This document shows positions 25,571 through 37,682 of a stretch of DNA of 64,000 nucleotides, piece after piece. The notes beneath the pieces are model-generated. The model was not told where the DNA came from. It did not search any database and was given only the letters and a program-made list of their open reading frames with translations. Within the stretch, counting starts at the first letter, position 1; each line of letters opens with the position of its first letter. Made by a program: the position numbers and the translations under genes. The DNA is from Vicugna vicugna (taxonomy: Eukaryota): contig MU058540.1 in the NCBI GenBank assembly GCA_013265495.1, forward strand, positions 3,001,696 to 3,065,695, in the 5' to 3' direction.

Positions 25571-26465
25571 CTTCCACCTGCTTTTTTTTCTTAACTTGCT
25601 TTTTCTCTCCCTTCCTCTGGCGCTCATCCTGCCTCCTTCCCCTTCAGTCTGTCTCTTCCTCCCCAGCCTTTCTCTGTGCCTCCATCCCTGTGACTGTCTC
25701 CTCTGCTCCTCTCTCCTTGCCCCATCTCCCATCTCCCCTGCTTCCTCTCCTTCCCTGACCCAGAAATGCAAGGATAATTCACTATACAGAGAAGGTGGAC
25801 TTGAGGTGCATATGTGGGTTCCATCTGAGTGAGGCTCATGCCTTCAGGAACCAGGTGCCTCTTCCATGGCGGCTCCCTTCCCCAGGGACACTCCCCAGTC
25901 CACCATCTCAGGGAGAAGACTGTCAATGGCGGGCCCTGAAACAGCTCCAGGGAGAAAGAATTCAGAGGGGCCAACGGGGTTTCCATAATCAGTGTCACTT
26001 TTAATTTGAGGCAGGAGTGACAGGAAGGAGGTGTTGGGGGTGGGTGACAGGGGTAAGCAGAGGCAAAGACAGAGAACAACTCATCAAACCAGGAAAGTGC
26101 CAGGTACAGTGCAGGGAACTGAGAGATGTTTCTAGTCTCCTAAGGCTCCGCATACACCAGCCCTATAATGACAGCGGTGACTAGCCACTGGGTGGGGCCA
26201 TTCACAAATCATTACCCTCATGGTACTTCCCAACAACGCTGGGCAGAAGGGTCTCAGAGAGGTTCAGAGTTCCCCGCCCAGGTTGTCTAGGACAAACTGA
26301 AGACTGGGGAGCAAGATAAGAGAAACCAGATGAGGGATAATACTTGGGGTTCAGGAGGAGAATGGGGGAAAGGAAAGGAGACAGGACAGTAGGAGCTGTC
26401 TGAAACGTGGGTCTGAAAAACCAGTGGGTAGCCCGGAGTGCTGGGTGGCCACACGGAAAAATCAG

Positions 26466-26523
26466 TGTGGCCAGAATGGTGGGAGCTGAGTCTAGGCCAG
26501 CAGGAGGGACACCTGAGGGTGTG
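26466..26523 (-). repeat. Inverted repeat, right arm (partner at 24828-24886)
   Basis: TGTGGCCAGAATGGTGGGAGCTGAGTCTAGGCCAGCAGGAGGGACACCTGAG is the reverse complement of the left arm with 2 mismatches. Confidence 0.95.
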
Positions 26524-27137
26524 AGGAAAGGAGCCCCAGAATTTTCTTCTCTACGACCCCCTGATTCAGAACCGCCTATTTTCAGCATTCTAAACTGACC
26601 CGTGCTCTGATGTTATCTGAGGCACCTGTCTGTCCTTTAAAATGATCGCTGCCTTTTTCTCATTGACTGCAACCCTGGTTTGGAGTTCACTGTGATGGAA
26701 CTAAAGTAGAATTTCATGGTGACTTCACTATTGTTGTACTGTCAAGTGGCTGGGACTGCAACAGCCAAGGCTTCCAGGGTGGTTTAGATTCAGTGCCGGT
26801 GACCTTTTGTTTCCATGAGAACACAGAATGAGGCACTCAGCAATCTGGCCTGAGCCTGATGTGTAGATTCTAATAAAAGAGCAAGCTGAGGTACAATGGT
26901 GAGAATGGGAACTAAGAAGATAATATCCACAACAAGAAAAAACTTTGTGCCCAAAGGCGAGTGATTCAGGATTGTCTGTAAGACCCTAAAATAGTTAATG
27001 ATCTAATATCTAACTTTGAGAACTAGCTAAGTTACACCACAGCTACTCCACGGAGTATTTTGCAAACATTGAAAGTAGTAGTTATAAAGATATGAGTAAG
27101 TTGGAGAAATTATAATTATCTAGGAAAAAAAAGTCAG

Positions 27138-27255
27138 AGGGAGAGGGTATAGCTCAATGGTCGGGTGTGTGCTTAGCATGCATGAGGTCCTGCATTCAAT
27201 CCCCAATACCTCCACTAAAAAATAAATAAACCTAATTACCTCTCCCTGGCAAAAA
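27138..27255 (+). mobile_element. tRNA-derived SINE (Vic-1-like, camelid), full length with TSD
   Basis: A box TAGCTCAATGG, B-box-like CATTCAATCC and an A-rich tail. TSD AAAAAAAAGTCAG at 27125-27137 and 27256-27268. Confidence 0.9.
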
Positions 27256-28029
27256 AAAAAAAAGTCAGGACCCAACATTGTACATGTGCTATTGTTTCAT
27301 TAACATGTGCTCACAGATTAGAAGCAAACACTAGAGGTGGAATTGTTTTCCCTCTTTGGCTTAATTTTTTGTTGTGGAGTTATACTGCCATTCAAAATGA
27401 AAAGATTTAAAATACGTATAGAAAATAACTTAAAAATATACATTTCTTCCAAGTCCTGGTTAAAGAGAAAAACAGCTGATGTAAGCCACAGCCAATCCTG
27501 CATGTACCTGTCTGTCATTGCCCCTCCTCCTCCTCCAACTTTTCCCCCTGTCCTCCATTCCCCTCCCCACCATTGGCCTGCCCTCAACCTCCCTCTCTCC
27601 CCAGTGGCAGGGCCCAGGCTCCGATGTGCCCCTCCCCCACCCCAACACTGAGGAAATCATTTTACCTCTCTTAGCATCAGTTTCCTCGTGTGTGATGATT
27701 AGGAGTCCCACCTCAGAGCTGTCACATGAGATCACCTACATGGCATGGGCTCTGAGTGCCATGTGGGAAAGTGCACCTGTAGAGCGGTCCCCAAACACTC
27801 AGGCTGGCTCTGGTCAGCCTCCCAGTCTTGTTCCCATCTCACTCTCCCCTCTCACGTGAGCCAGGCTCCCCCATCTCTGCCTCAGTCTGCATCACCTCCA
27901 CCCACCAGCATCTCTGCCCTTCAAGTGTGTACATCCTCCCCTTTCAGCTTCGAGCTCCCTCAGGCCAAGGGGGAGGCCCTTGAGGCCGTGAAATTTCTCC
28001 CACACGTATTAATAATAATAATAATGAAT

Positions 28030-28230
28030 ACATTCAGATCGACTAACTCAATGAACACTTAATATGTGCCAGGCACTATCCCAAGCCCTATCCATGTACT
28101 AACCCATTTAATGCTCAGGACCATCCCAGGAGATAGGTTCTATTCTAAGCCCAATTTACAGATGAGGGAACTGAGGCCAGAAAGCAGGGAAATAGCTTGT
28201 CCAAGGCCCCCCAGCTGGTAAGCTCCACCC
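28030..28230 (-). mobile_element. MIR SINE
   Basis: cacttaatatgtgccaggcact...cccaatttacagatgagggaactgaggc...cttgtccaaggc. Confidence 0.8.
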
Positions 28231-29469
28231 TCTTATCCACAGTGCTATTCGTGTTTCCTGGTGGTTCTCCTGCTTCATGATGGGGGCGGGGAGGAAGCAG
28301 ATCTGTCTTATTCACCCAGCTCAGTGCCTGGCACAGTGGAGAAGCTCTGTAAATCTCTGTTGAATGAATGAATGGATGGATGAACAAATGCTGCCCATTG
28401 TGCTATCTTAACCATTTTTATGTGTATAGTTCAGAGGCATTAAGTAAAGTCACATTGTTGTGCAACCACTACCACCATCCATTTCCAGAACTACCGAGAA
28501 CCCCATTCACTGAGAGTGCAGGCTTCAAGGATCTCAGCTGAATTCAAGAGTATTGGTCCCAGCTTCCTGCGTCATGAAGGCCAAGACCCTGGTCCCAGCC
28601 CCTGCATGGTCATTACAATGCAAGTACCTGGTCACTGGGCCTATTTCCCTTCCAATACCCTCCCCTCAGAGCTCCTGATTCATCAGCTCACTCACCCCTC
28701 TGCTTTTCTGCTCTCTGTTGATTACAAAAACAGACACTTTCTACTTTCTACATTTTTCAGAGCAGAAAGGTGTCCCAGCACCTCACTTCCAAACGAGCAC
28801 CTCAAGCACATGCATTCACAGGAGGCACGTGGAAGCCACAATTTTATCCATAGTGTAAAACCCTATTCCAAGGCTGGCTGGTTATTATCTACTGTTACTG
28901 AGGGCCTACTGTGTGCCAGATACTATACTGGGTGCTTTTTATATATTTGATCTGATTTAATCCTTCTTCCAGCCCCACGAGGTAAGTACATTTCCTGTCA
29001 CTGATTTAGTTGAGAAAGCCGCCAAAACATAGCTAGCAAAAGAAAAGAACCAGGATTCAGACTTAGGTTGGCCCAACCTTTACCAAATACATCTTGTCTT
29101 CCTCCATCCTTCCATAAGCCGCCTGTAGCTTCCTCATCTCGCCCAGCCCTCCGAGGGTAGGGTCCATGTGATTTCCTTCCTGTTATCTGTCCTCAGCACC
29201 CAGTGGGTGTGACCTGGGGAGCAAGCAGTCCTTGCAGAGGTCACTGTGATTTTGCCCCTGGAGGACCTGTCCACAAGTGAGGAGGGGACTGCAGAATTCG
29301 CATGGCTCTTGGCCTGATCCCCTGTTACCGAGAGGAAAGAGGCTTTGGCCAAGGACTCCAGGGGGAGATAAATGCTGGGAGTGGACTCAGCTCTGGTCGG
29401 GACCCAAGCACCCAGCCCTCCCCGAGACATTGTGTGAGCCGGCCAGGCCTCCAGACACAGTCCCTCCCA

Positions 29470-29560
29470 CCCGCCCCAGCCAGGGTGGTGGTTATGTGGG
29501 AAGGAGTTTAAATCCAGCTGCCAGACCCCTGAGTGGGAGAAGCGGAGAGGACTGGCCACC
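29470..29560 (+). promoter_or_regulatory. PI16: Candidate PI16 proximal promoter / 5' UTR
   Basis: GC box CCGCCC at 29471-29476, TATA-like TTTAAAT at 29507-29513, and a GCCACC Kozak directly before the ATG at 29561. Confidence 0.5.
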
Positions 29561-29731
29561 ATGCACAGCTCCCGCAGCCTCCTGGTGCTTCTGCTGCCGC
29601 CACTGCTACTGCTGGTGGCCACCACAGGCCCTGCCGGAGCCCTCAGTGAGGAGGAAAAACATGTGATGGTGGAGCTGCACAACCTCTACCGAGCCCAGGT
29701 ATCCCCGCCAGCCGCCAACATGCTGCAGATG
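29561..29731 (+). CDS. PI16: PI16 (peptidase inhibitor 16, CAP/SCP family) coding exon 1: signal peptide and start of CAP domain
   Basis: GCCACC ATG. Encodes MHSSRSLLVLLLPPLLLLVATTGPAGALSEEEKHVMVELHNLYRAQVSPPAANMLQM; ends ATG|gtgagt; 171 nt. Confidence 0.97.
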
Positions 29732-31214
29732 GTGAGTGCGGTCAGGGCCCCCATCAACCCCGCTCACCCACTGGGTGGAAGCTATCTCAGAGACTCATCT
29801 CTCAGGCAGTAAGAGTCCTTGATGTTATATAATTCACAGACACTCCCTTCCATAAGCAGCCTCATTATATGGAGGAGAAAACTGAGGCTCAGAGGAACTT
29901 GCTGGTCACACATCTGGTAGAGCCAGGCCTGAAGCCCTGCTTCCCACTCCAGTGACCCCTTCCCAGCACTTCCTAAAATGCATGAAATGCATGTGCCCTG
30001 GGAGTGGGAACACAGGGAGTTCCAAACACCTTGGTGAAAATGATCTTTCTTTTGCCTTCCAAGGAGTTGAGAAATAAAAACAAGGCAGCAGGGTGGGTCC
30101 CAGCACCTAGAGTAAGAGGGATGTACTAAGGAGATGAGGTGAGAACAGGAATCAGAAAGAGAGAGGGCTCCGTATCACATAGATCAGATTCTCTCTCGGC
30201 CACCCACAAGACTCGTGGTGTGGGTTGAGTCTCTTAACCTAGTAAGGACCCTCAGTTTCTCATCTATAAAATGGGGTCATAATTAGAACTACATATGTAT
30301 TGACATGGACTGAATGTCACAGACATAATACTGAGTGGGGGAAAATGAAATCTCAAAAAATATATACATATATACACAAATATACAGTAGGAAATATAGT
30401 AAAAAATACTATTGTATACTGGTGGGGGACACATGCAGATTGACATGACTACAGATGACAGAAGCCAGACTTGGGGCAGAGGTTACCTCTATCAGAGAGG
30501 GGGTTATTTGATGGCAGGGTTAGGGGCAGAATGTTTATGTTCAGGATTAAAAGAGATAAAGCGAGAAATTCACCCCTTTCCTGCCCTCCCTGAGGGTTAG
30601 ACTAGCCCATCCCCTCCAGACACCCTTAGGTGATGGGCAGTGTCCAGGGACCCCCTGGCTGGTGCCCAAGGTCATACCTGGGGGACATAGCAGCAAGTCT
30701 GGGGGGGTTCCAGGACCAGAGTTCTAGCAGCTCTGTCCAATCTGGTGAAGTGACTCAGGGTGAACCCCTTACCTTCAAAGCCCTCTTGTTTCCTATCACC
30801 TGGCTGGCAATCCCTGCCTTGAGGGTCAGACAGGATGATGCATGACAAAGATCTAGGAAGGGCTACACTTTCACACAGCACTGCTATTCACAGCCCTGTC
30901 GGCCTTGGCAAACAGGAACTGCAGGCAACAAAGCAAGAGCCCTCAACGCTGGTACCAGCTCTGCCAACAGCTCCCGGTTTGAGGCCTGAAATGCATTGTG
31001 GCCTCAGTTTCCCCATTGTAGATCACTGATGCCCCACAGTCTTGCTGCTGAGGCTGGAGGCTGGCTCTGCAGACAGAGGTGGACCTCAGGAGTGGGGCAA
31101 CATGCTACGAAGCAGTCCAGACTCTGAGAGGCTACGCTGCTGCCTAGTGGGAAGTGGTGGGGACGGGGTGGAGACAAGGCTGTACTGGCACACCAGGATA
31201 AACTGACACAAGCT

Positions 31215-31475
31215 TCAGGCTCAGCTTCAGCAGTGGTAAATTCAGAGACTCTGCAGCCAGATGGCCTGGGTTCAAATCTTGACTTTGTCATTTATTAGCT
31301 GTGTGACCTCGGCCAAGTTACTTAAACTCTCTCTGTCTCAGCTACCTCATCTGTTAATTGGGGATGATAACATTATAACGACTTTCTTTAGGGTGATTGT
31401 AGGATGAAATGAGTGACTACATGTAACACACTTAGAGCAGTGCCTGGCACACAGTAAGTGCTCAATAAGTGGTAA
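31215..31475 (+). mobile_element. MIR SINE, near full length
   Basis: gcctgggttcaaatc...ctgtgtgacctcggccaagttacttaaactctct...ctcatctgttaattggggat...gtgcctggcacacagtaagtgctcaataa. Confidence 0.9.
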
Positions 31476-31519
31476 CAAAAAAGGGAAGGGATCCAGGGTG
31501 AGGCAGGTGGGGGTTATCA

Positions 31520-32205
31520 TGGACTCCTCTCTACCTCAGCCTCCACATCTACTCATCACCACTTTTACCTTCCACAAGGTTCAATTTTTCTTGAATCTTA
31601 TCTTCCCTCACCCACCACCATCTCCTTGACACAACCTTGGTTCAGTCATTCATTTCTTTTCCCATGAACTTCTAGAACAGCCTCTACCTGCTTCCCCAGC
31701 CTCTGGCCTCTACTAACCAGAATGAATGATCCAACACACTGGCCTGACTCTACTCAAACCCCTTCCCTGGCTCCCACTGGCTCCCTTATCCTCCTACCTC
31801 AGAATAAAGCTCCAGCTCCTGAGAAGCCCCTCTCTGGGTGCCTGGACCTGCCTACCTCTCCAGCCTCCTCTCCTGCAAACTTTCTCCTTCAGTAACCTGA
31901 GCAGGTTGTCTTTCCCACCTCCAAGCCTCTGTTCATGTTTTGCCTTCTCAGGATGCCCTTCCACTCTCCACCTGGCCAATGCCTCATCTTTTAACATTTA
32001 GTTTAGTGTTTCCTTCTCCACCCTCAGGTTGGGCCAAACAGCCCTCTTTGGTGCCCCTATATTGCCCATCACACATCTGTCAGTTAACACATGGTGCCCA
32101 AATAACGGTTTATGACAATCGAAACTTGGGCTTCTCGGTCCTTGCTGTTGCCCCAGGACTGTTGAATAAATGAGTGTGTGAGGGGGTGAGTGAATGAATG
32201 AATGG
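31520..32205 (+). mobile_element. L2 fragment ending in (TGAA)n
   Basis: ctcaaaccccttccctggctcccactg...cagaataaagctccagctcc, with a terminal gttgaataaatgag...tgaatgaatgaatg. Confidence 0.65.
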
Positions 32206-33798
32206 ACTTGCTTTCAGATGGTGACCAAGTGGCCAATGTGGGTGGGTGCCGTGACTCCTGAAACTCCCCAAGGGTCTCTGGATGACTAAGAAGTCTTAAG
32301 ACCCATAGGAGTGAATCTCTAATGGTGGGACTCCAGGCACCCAGGCAGAATGGAAATCACAGCCTGGCCCTGTTGGGGAGACTGCTTTAAGCAGGGCTGT
32401 GTTTCAATCATCAAAAGCTAATAATGTCTGTTGAGCACCTGCTCTGTGCCAGACACCCTGCAGGCTTTACAGTCTAGCCTGGAGCCCTGCAGGTCGGTCA
32501 TCCCAGACACCCTAAGTCTGGTCCCCAGCACCTGCCCCTTTCCCACACCCTATCCCCCTCTACTACCAGTTTGAGAGAACCTCAGGGACCAGTGACTTGG
32601 GTCAAAAACTCCTAGAGAGGGAAAGGGATTCACCTGAAGTTACAGCAGTGTGGCTATCCCTGCCCAGTGCTCCCATCCCCACTCCAGGCAGCTGCTCCTA
32701 AGAACCTTGTGTGAGTGGGGAGTAGGTGCAGCCACACAGTCCCCTCCCTTCAAGGTCACCCAAGCTCTCAGTGCTTTATGCATTGTCTGGCTCCGGCAGC
32801 TGGCTGGACCCACAGAGGGTGGAGCAAGAGTTGCCGCCAGGCCATCCATTTCCAGGAGAGGCCAAGGACAAAGTTTAATGGGATCCAGGCCTCCCTCCTC
32901 AATCCTTTGGTCAAATGACTTGTTAATCCCTCTTCCCACCCACACTTGGCCTGTCCTCCCAGCCAGGGACACAAAACCTCAGAGGCCCTCTAACCTGAAA
33001 TGCCCCCTCCCACCCTTTACCTGAGGTCCCCACTGGAGAACATTGCCTTGGGGACCTGACAGCTCTTTGGGCCACCAAGGCTCTGAAAATAGGCCTCTCA
33101 GTGGAAATTATTCAGAGACATTTAATTTTCTTGGGGAAGGTGGCTGTCAGCTGACAAGAGAGCACTTAGGAGGGAACCCTGGAGCTGGTAAAGCCATGGA
33201 GGCTAGGCTATCCCAAGGGGAGAGTCGGAGCCTGAAAGGGGAGAGCTGGCCCCTCAAGTCAGATTTCTGGTGGGTGGGCAGAGAGAGGAATGGCTGAATA
33301 AACAATCCAGTTCTGGTACTTCTCACTGGACGTCATGTGGGCTTCAGAACAGTTCAGGCAACCACGGCAGGAGCATCGCAGCCCACCCTTCACGTTGAAG
33401 GATATTAATATTAATTAATAATCACACTGTCACAAACATCATCTCATTTATTCTTTCCAAAGCCCTATGAGAGTTCAGAAAGGTTAGGCAATCTGCCTAA
33501 AATCACACAGCTGGTGAATGGTCCAAAGTTTAGCTAACTCCATGGCCTGGGGTGGCTTCCACCTCCCCACAGAAGCTCCACCAGGCGCAGAGATCTGTGC
33601 CAGATCATGACCAAGAGTCACCCCACAAAGAGGGGAGGGTTTTCCGCCTCCATAGCCTCCACACACCCCCAGATGCCCTCAGCCTTCTTCTGTGATCCCC
33701 ACAGAATTGTGGGCAACCTCACCTCCCTCTCTCACCCTCCTCTCCTGCCTCCACTGAGCAAGAGGTGTCCTCACCTCCCTCCTCGACCTTCCCCGCAG

Positions 33799-34017
33799 AG
33801 GTGGGATGAGGAGCTGGCCGCCTTCGCCAAGGCCTACGCGCAGCAGTGCGTGTGGGGCCACAACAAGGAGCGTGGGCGGCGCGGCGAGAACCTGTTCGCC
33901 ATTACCGACGGCCTGGACGTGCCGCTGGCCATGGAGGAGTGGCACCACGAACACGAGCACTACAACCTCAGCGCTGCCACCTGCGCCAGGGGCCAGATGT
34001 GCGGCCACTATACGCAG
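33799..34017 (+). CDS. PI16: PI16 coding exon 2 (CAP domain)
   Basis: cgcag|AGG ... CAG|gtgcga; 219 nt. Encodes RWDEELAAFAKAYAQQCVWGHNKERGRRGENLFAITDGLDVPLAMEEWHHEHEHYNLSAATCARGQMCGHYTQ, with CAP motifs GENL and CGHYTQ. Confidence 0.97.
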
Positions 34018-35881
34018 GTGCGAGGCTGGATCGGCGGGTGGGGCCACACAGCAAGGGAAGGGCCAGGGGTCAGTGGGCGGGGCCACAGGGCAATGGGCGG
34101 GGCCGGGCGGGGCCACCTCTTCCTTCATGGCCCTGGAGTCCCTAAGCCCCACTTCCATCCTTCAGAAAAGTCGTCTCTCCACAGCAACTGATGTGTTGTC
34201 CAGGCTCCTGAGGAGTCTGCTTCTCAGACTGCCTAAACCATTTTCAGTCGACTTTTAAAAAACCACAATCTTTTGAAAACCTAGGCAGCACCTCTCGGCC
34301 TCCTGGTCATGAAGAGACCTAAATTAGGTGACGCAGAGCCAATTTCCTGGACAGTGATTACTGCACTAAGTTATCTTGATCGAGCTCTAAGCAGTCCTGT
34401 TCTCTGGCCTAGTTTAAGCAGGGCTGTTTGCCCCACCAGTAAGCACCCACCCCATCCCCACTTCTGTCTTCTCTCTCACTGTCCCTCTTTTGTCATTTCT
34501 CATGGTTTCGAAGTTGCTGCTTCTAATCTGCCAGGGACAGATAAAGCAAATAGACAATTTTGTTTGCTTATTTTTTCTTTTGCCTGTAAAAACTATTTTT
34601 AAAATAAGAGCAAGTTGTCACTGAGTGAAGGTTTCAGGTAACCTTCTGAGAGCATTTCCTCCCTCCTGCAGTCACACTTTGCTATGTCAGGGTTTTAGTG
34701 TATTTTGAAAGTTTGAATTTGCAGATAAGGGGAATAGGGGTGTGTGTGTGTGTATGTAGGGGAATTAAATTTGTGGTGATGAATTCTTTTCTTTTTTCTC
34801 CTTATAATGCTTACTTGTTGTTCAAATAGTTACATGACAAATTTTTTAAAAAAGAAAAAGGAAATGAGCCAAACTTCTTCCCACCCATATCGACCAAGTC
34901 CATTTTCCGGTGCTTTTTCTGAGTGGTATTTTTAGTGCTAATCTTTAAAGAAGGAAATCCCAAAACCACCCACACAGATCAGGAAGTTGTGAGGTCCCAG
35001 CCCTCCTTGACCCCTCTCTCTGTACTCTACCACCTCTCACACTCCCCAGAAACACAACTGCCTGCAGGGATTGCAGGAGGTGCCCAGTAGGACTAGGGCC
35101 ACCCCACTTCCACCCTTGTATTCTCTAGGGCTGAATGCATATGCCCTCTGAGGTCATTTCTGCTTGGGAGATGATGAACAGTGGTACCTAGGGGACCCTC
35201 AGCTGATTCAAGCCAGAAAGACCTCAATCCTGGGGGGAGTAAGGGTGTGCAGAATTACCATTCAGAGTAAGATTTCACAGACACAAAACAAAACAAAACA
35301 AAAACTGGCCTCAATTTGAGTGACTCCTGGACAGACTGGGTGTAGAAATAGCAAAAGGAGTGCACAAAGGTTGTTTTGACTTTTTAAATATACGCTTAAG
35401 ACAGAACTTCTACTAGCTAGGAGGCCCACACTTAGAAATGGCAGAGCAGGTCCCTGTTTACTTGTGATTTGGGAGGAAGTTCTACTTCCAAAATGGCTCC
35501 TCTGTCCCCTTCCTTGGACTTTGCTTGTTGCTTATGTTTCAGATTCTACCATTTGACATTCATTCCTTTGGATATATCCTTGTTTAAAATGCAAAGGTCT
35601 ACAGGAAGAATTCATGAGGGTCTTTCAAAAGAGAAGGTTTTCAGAAGGAGAGAGGCCTGGTGAAATGGTATATGTGTTCAGTAGTGGAGAGTAGACTATT
35701 TGGACAAATTTCTCCCAAAACACTCTGTTCAGAGTTTTGTCTTGAAGTTGTGTGTCCTCAGAGACTTGGATCTTATAGGCTAAGGGTTCCTCCTCTCCTC
35801 ACTCACAGAAGGTTGATGTAGAGAGACACTAGCTAGGAGACATCCTGCCCAGACTAAACTGTTGGGTTTGCCCTCCTTCAG

Positions 35882-35991
35882 GTGGTCTGGGCCAGGACAG
35901 AGAGGATTGGCTGTGGCTCCCATTTCTGTGAGAAGCTCCAGGGTGTTGACGAAACCAATATTCACTTGCTGGTTTGCAACTATGAGCCCCC
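35882..35991 (+). CDS. PI16: PI16 coding exon 3 (CAP domain)
   Basis: ttcag|GTG ... CC|gtgagt; 110 nt. Encodes [36 protein letters not shown](P), completing the CAP signatures HYTQVVW and VCNY. Confidence 0.97.
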
Positions 35992-36276
35992 GTGAGTGCA
36001 GAGGGAGCCCTGGGGGTAGGGGCTGAGCAAAGCCAAGGGGAGGGCTGAGTTGGACATAGTCTAAAGAAGAGGAAGAGGGCTAACCTGGGGCCCATACCCT
36101 ATACCCTTGGGGGTGATGAGGGCACTCAATGGGAATCTGCTCTCATTGGCCCAGCGTGTTAGTTGAAGGTAAGTAAGACCCAGGGAGCACTTCTGGACTA
36201 GGGTGTGTGTATGAGGGATAGGGACAGGGGTTGGCAGGGACCCCCCTTTCCCCAGCATCCTCCTTGCCTCCCGCAG

Positions 36277-36365
36277 GGGGAACGTGAAGGGGCAGAGGCC
36301 CTACCAGGAGGGGACTCCGTGCTCCCAATGCTCCTCTGGCTACAGCTGCAAGAACTCTCTGTGTG
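36277..36365 (+). CDS. PI16: PI16 coding exon 4 (Cys-rich hinge)
   Basis: cgcag|G ... G|gtgagt; 89 nt. Encodes GNVKGQRPYQEGTPCSQCSSGYSCKNSLC. Confidence 0.96.
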
Positions 36366-37007
36366 GTGAGTCAGGGGAAGATGGTGGGAAGGAAGGTGAA
36401 AGAGGGGACGCCACTGGATGGTCTAGAGCCTTCCACGGCTCCCAGCTCCAGAGAGTGTTGCGTGGACAGGGAAGGAACCCTCGGCAGCCCCACCCTATCC
36501 GGGTTCCCAAGCCCACAGCCCACTTTGCCTACCGTGCGCAGCCACTTTGGTGCCCTGTCCTTCCAAGTGACCGGATTTCAATCCTCCAAGCGGAGGGTGG
36601 GGGAGAGTCCAGAGGCTCCCCAGCTCAGGGTGAGGTGGGAGTAGCCAGATAAGAAGGACCCCTGGTGGGCAGAACCTATTGGTGAGCGTGGTCAGAGGGA
36701 CTCGAACCCTCTGGGCCTGCGTGGTGGTGGGCATGTTAGGAACAAGAATCCAGCTGGAGAACTCCCCTGAAAAAGTGGAAGTCAAGTGCAGAGAGAGGAA
36801 GACTTGGACAAGGAAGTGGATGGAGGGACAACTGTCAATCACAAGAAGTAATATTTACTACAAATGAGGGACATTCACTGGAGACGGTGTGTGCATGTGT
36901 TTCTGTGTCTTCATAAGGCATTTGGTCACCTCACCTTGTTGGCAGTAGGGTAAAGGATGTGGGGTCCTGCTTGCAGTACTAATGCCAGGCCTTGTCTCTC
37001 TTATCAG

Positions 37008-37682
37008 AACCCATCAGAGGCCCGGAAGAAGCTCAGGATTTGCCTCACCTAGTAACTGAGGCCCCTTCTTCCCTGGCAACAGAAGCCTCAGACTCTAGGA
37101 AAAAGGGTATTGCTTCTTCCCTAGCAACGGAAACTCCATCCTTCTTGGTAACAAAGGTCTCAGGCTCCTTGGCAACAAAGGCTCTACCTGCTGTAGAAAC
37201 CAAGGCTCCGTCTCCCTTAGTAACGGAAGACTCCCCTTCCATGGGAACAGAGGCTCCATCTGCCTTAAAAACTGAGGTCCCTTCCTTTTTGGCAACTCAC
37301 AGCCTGCTCTTCTTGAATGAAAGGCCAACTACCTTTCCCAAATCAACCCATGATCTCAAACCCAAATCGACAGACAAAGAGGCCAACAGTACAAGAATGC
37401 CCTCCAAGAGCCCAGAGAGTTCTCTGCACCCCAGGATATCCTTGACAGGGACACGAGAGCCACTACCCCACTCCCAGGAGGGGGAGACTGAGGCCAAGTT
37501 ACCTCATTCCAGTGAGGTTTTGGCCTCAGTTTTTCCAGCCCAGAACAAGCCAGGTAATCCGAAGGCCACACTGGATCACAAGGGGCACACCTCCTCCAAG
37601 TCCCTGTCCAACTCCCCCAGTGCCTCTGCCACTGCTAATGCCATGGGCGGGCGTACCCTGGCCCTGCAGTCCTCCTTGCCAG
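37008..37682 (+). CDS. PI16: PI16 coding exon 5 (Ser/Thr/Pro-rich stalk)
   Basis: atcag|AA ... G|gtaagg; 675 nt. Encodes (E)PIRGPEEAQDLPHLVTEAPSS...TLALQSSLP. Confidence 0.95.

Noticed and set aside
27138..27215. tRNA-like sequence with A/B boxes (also at 53250)
   Set aside because: These are SINE heads with tails and TSDs, not intact cloverleaf tRNA genes.
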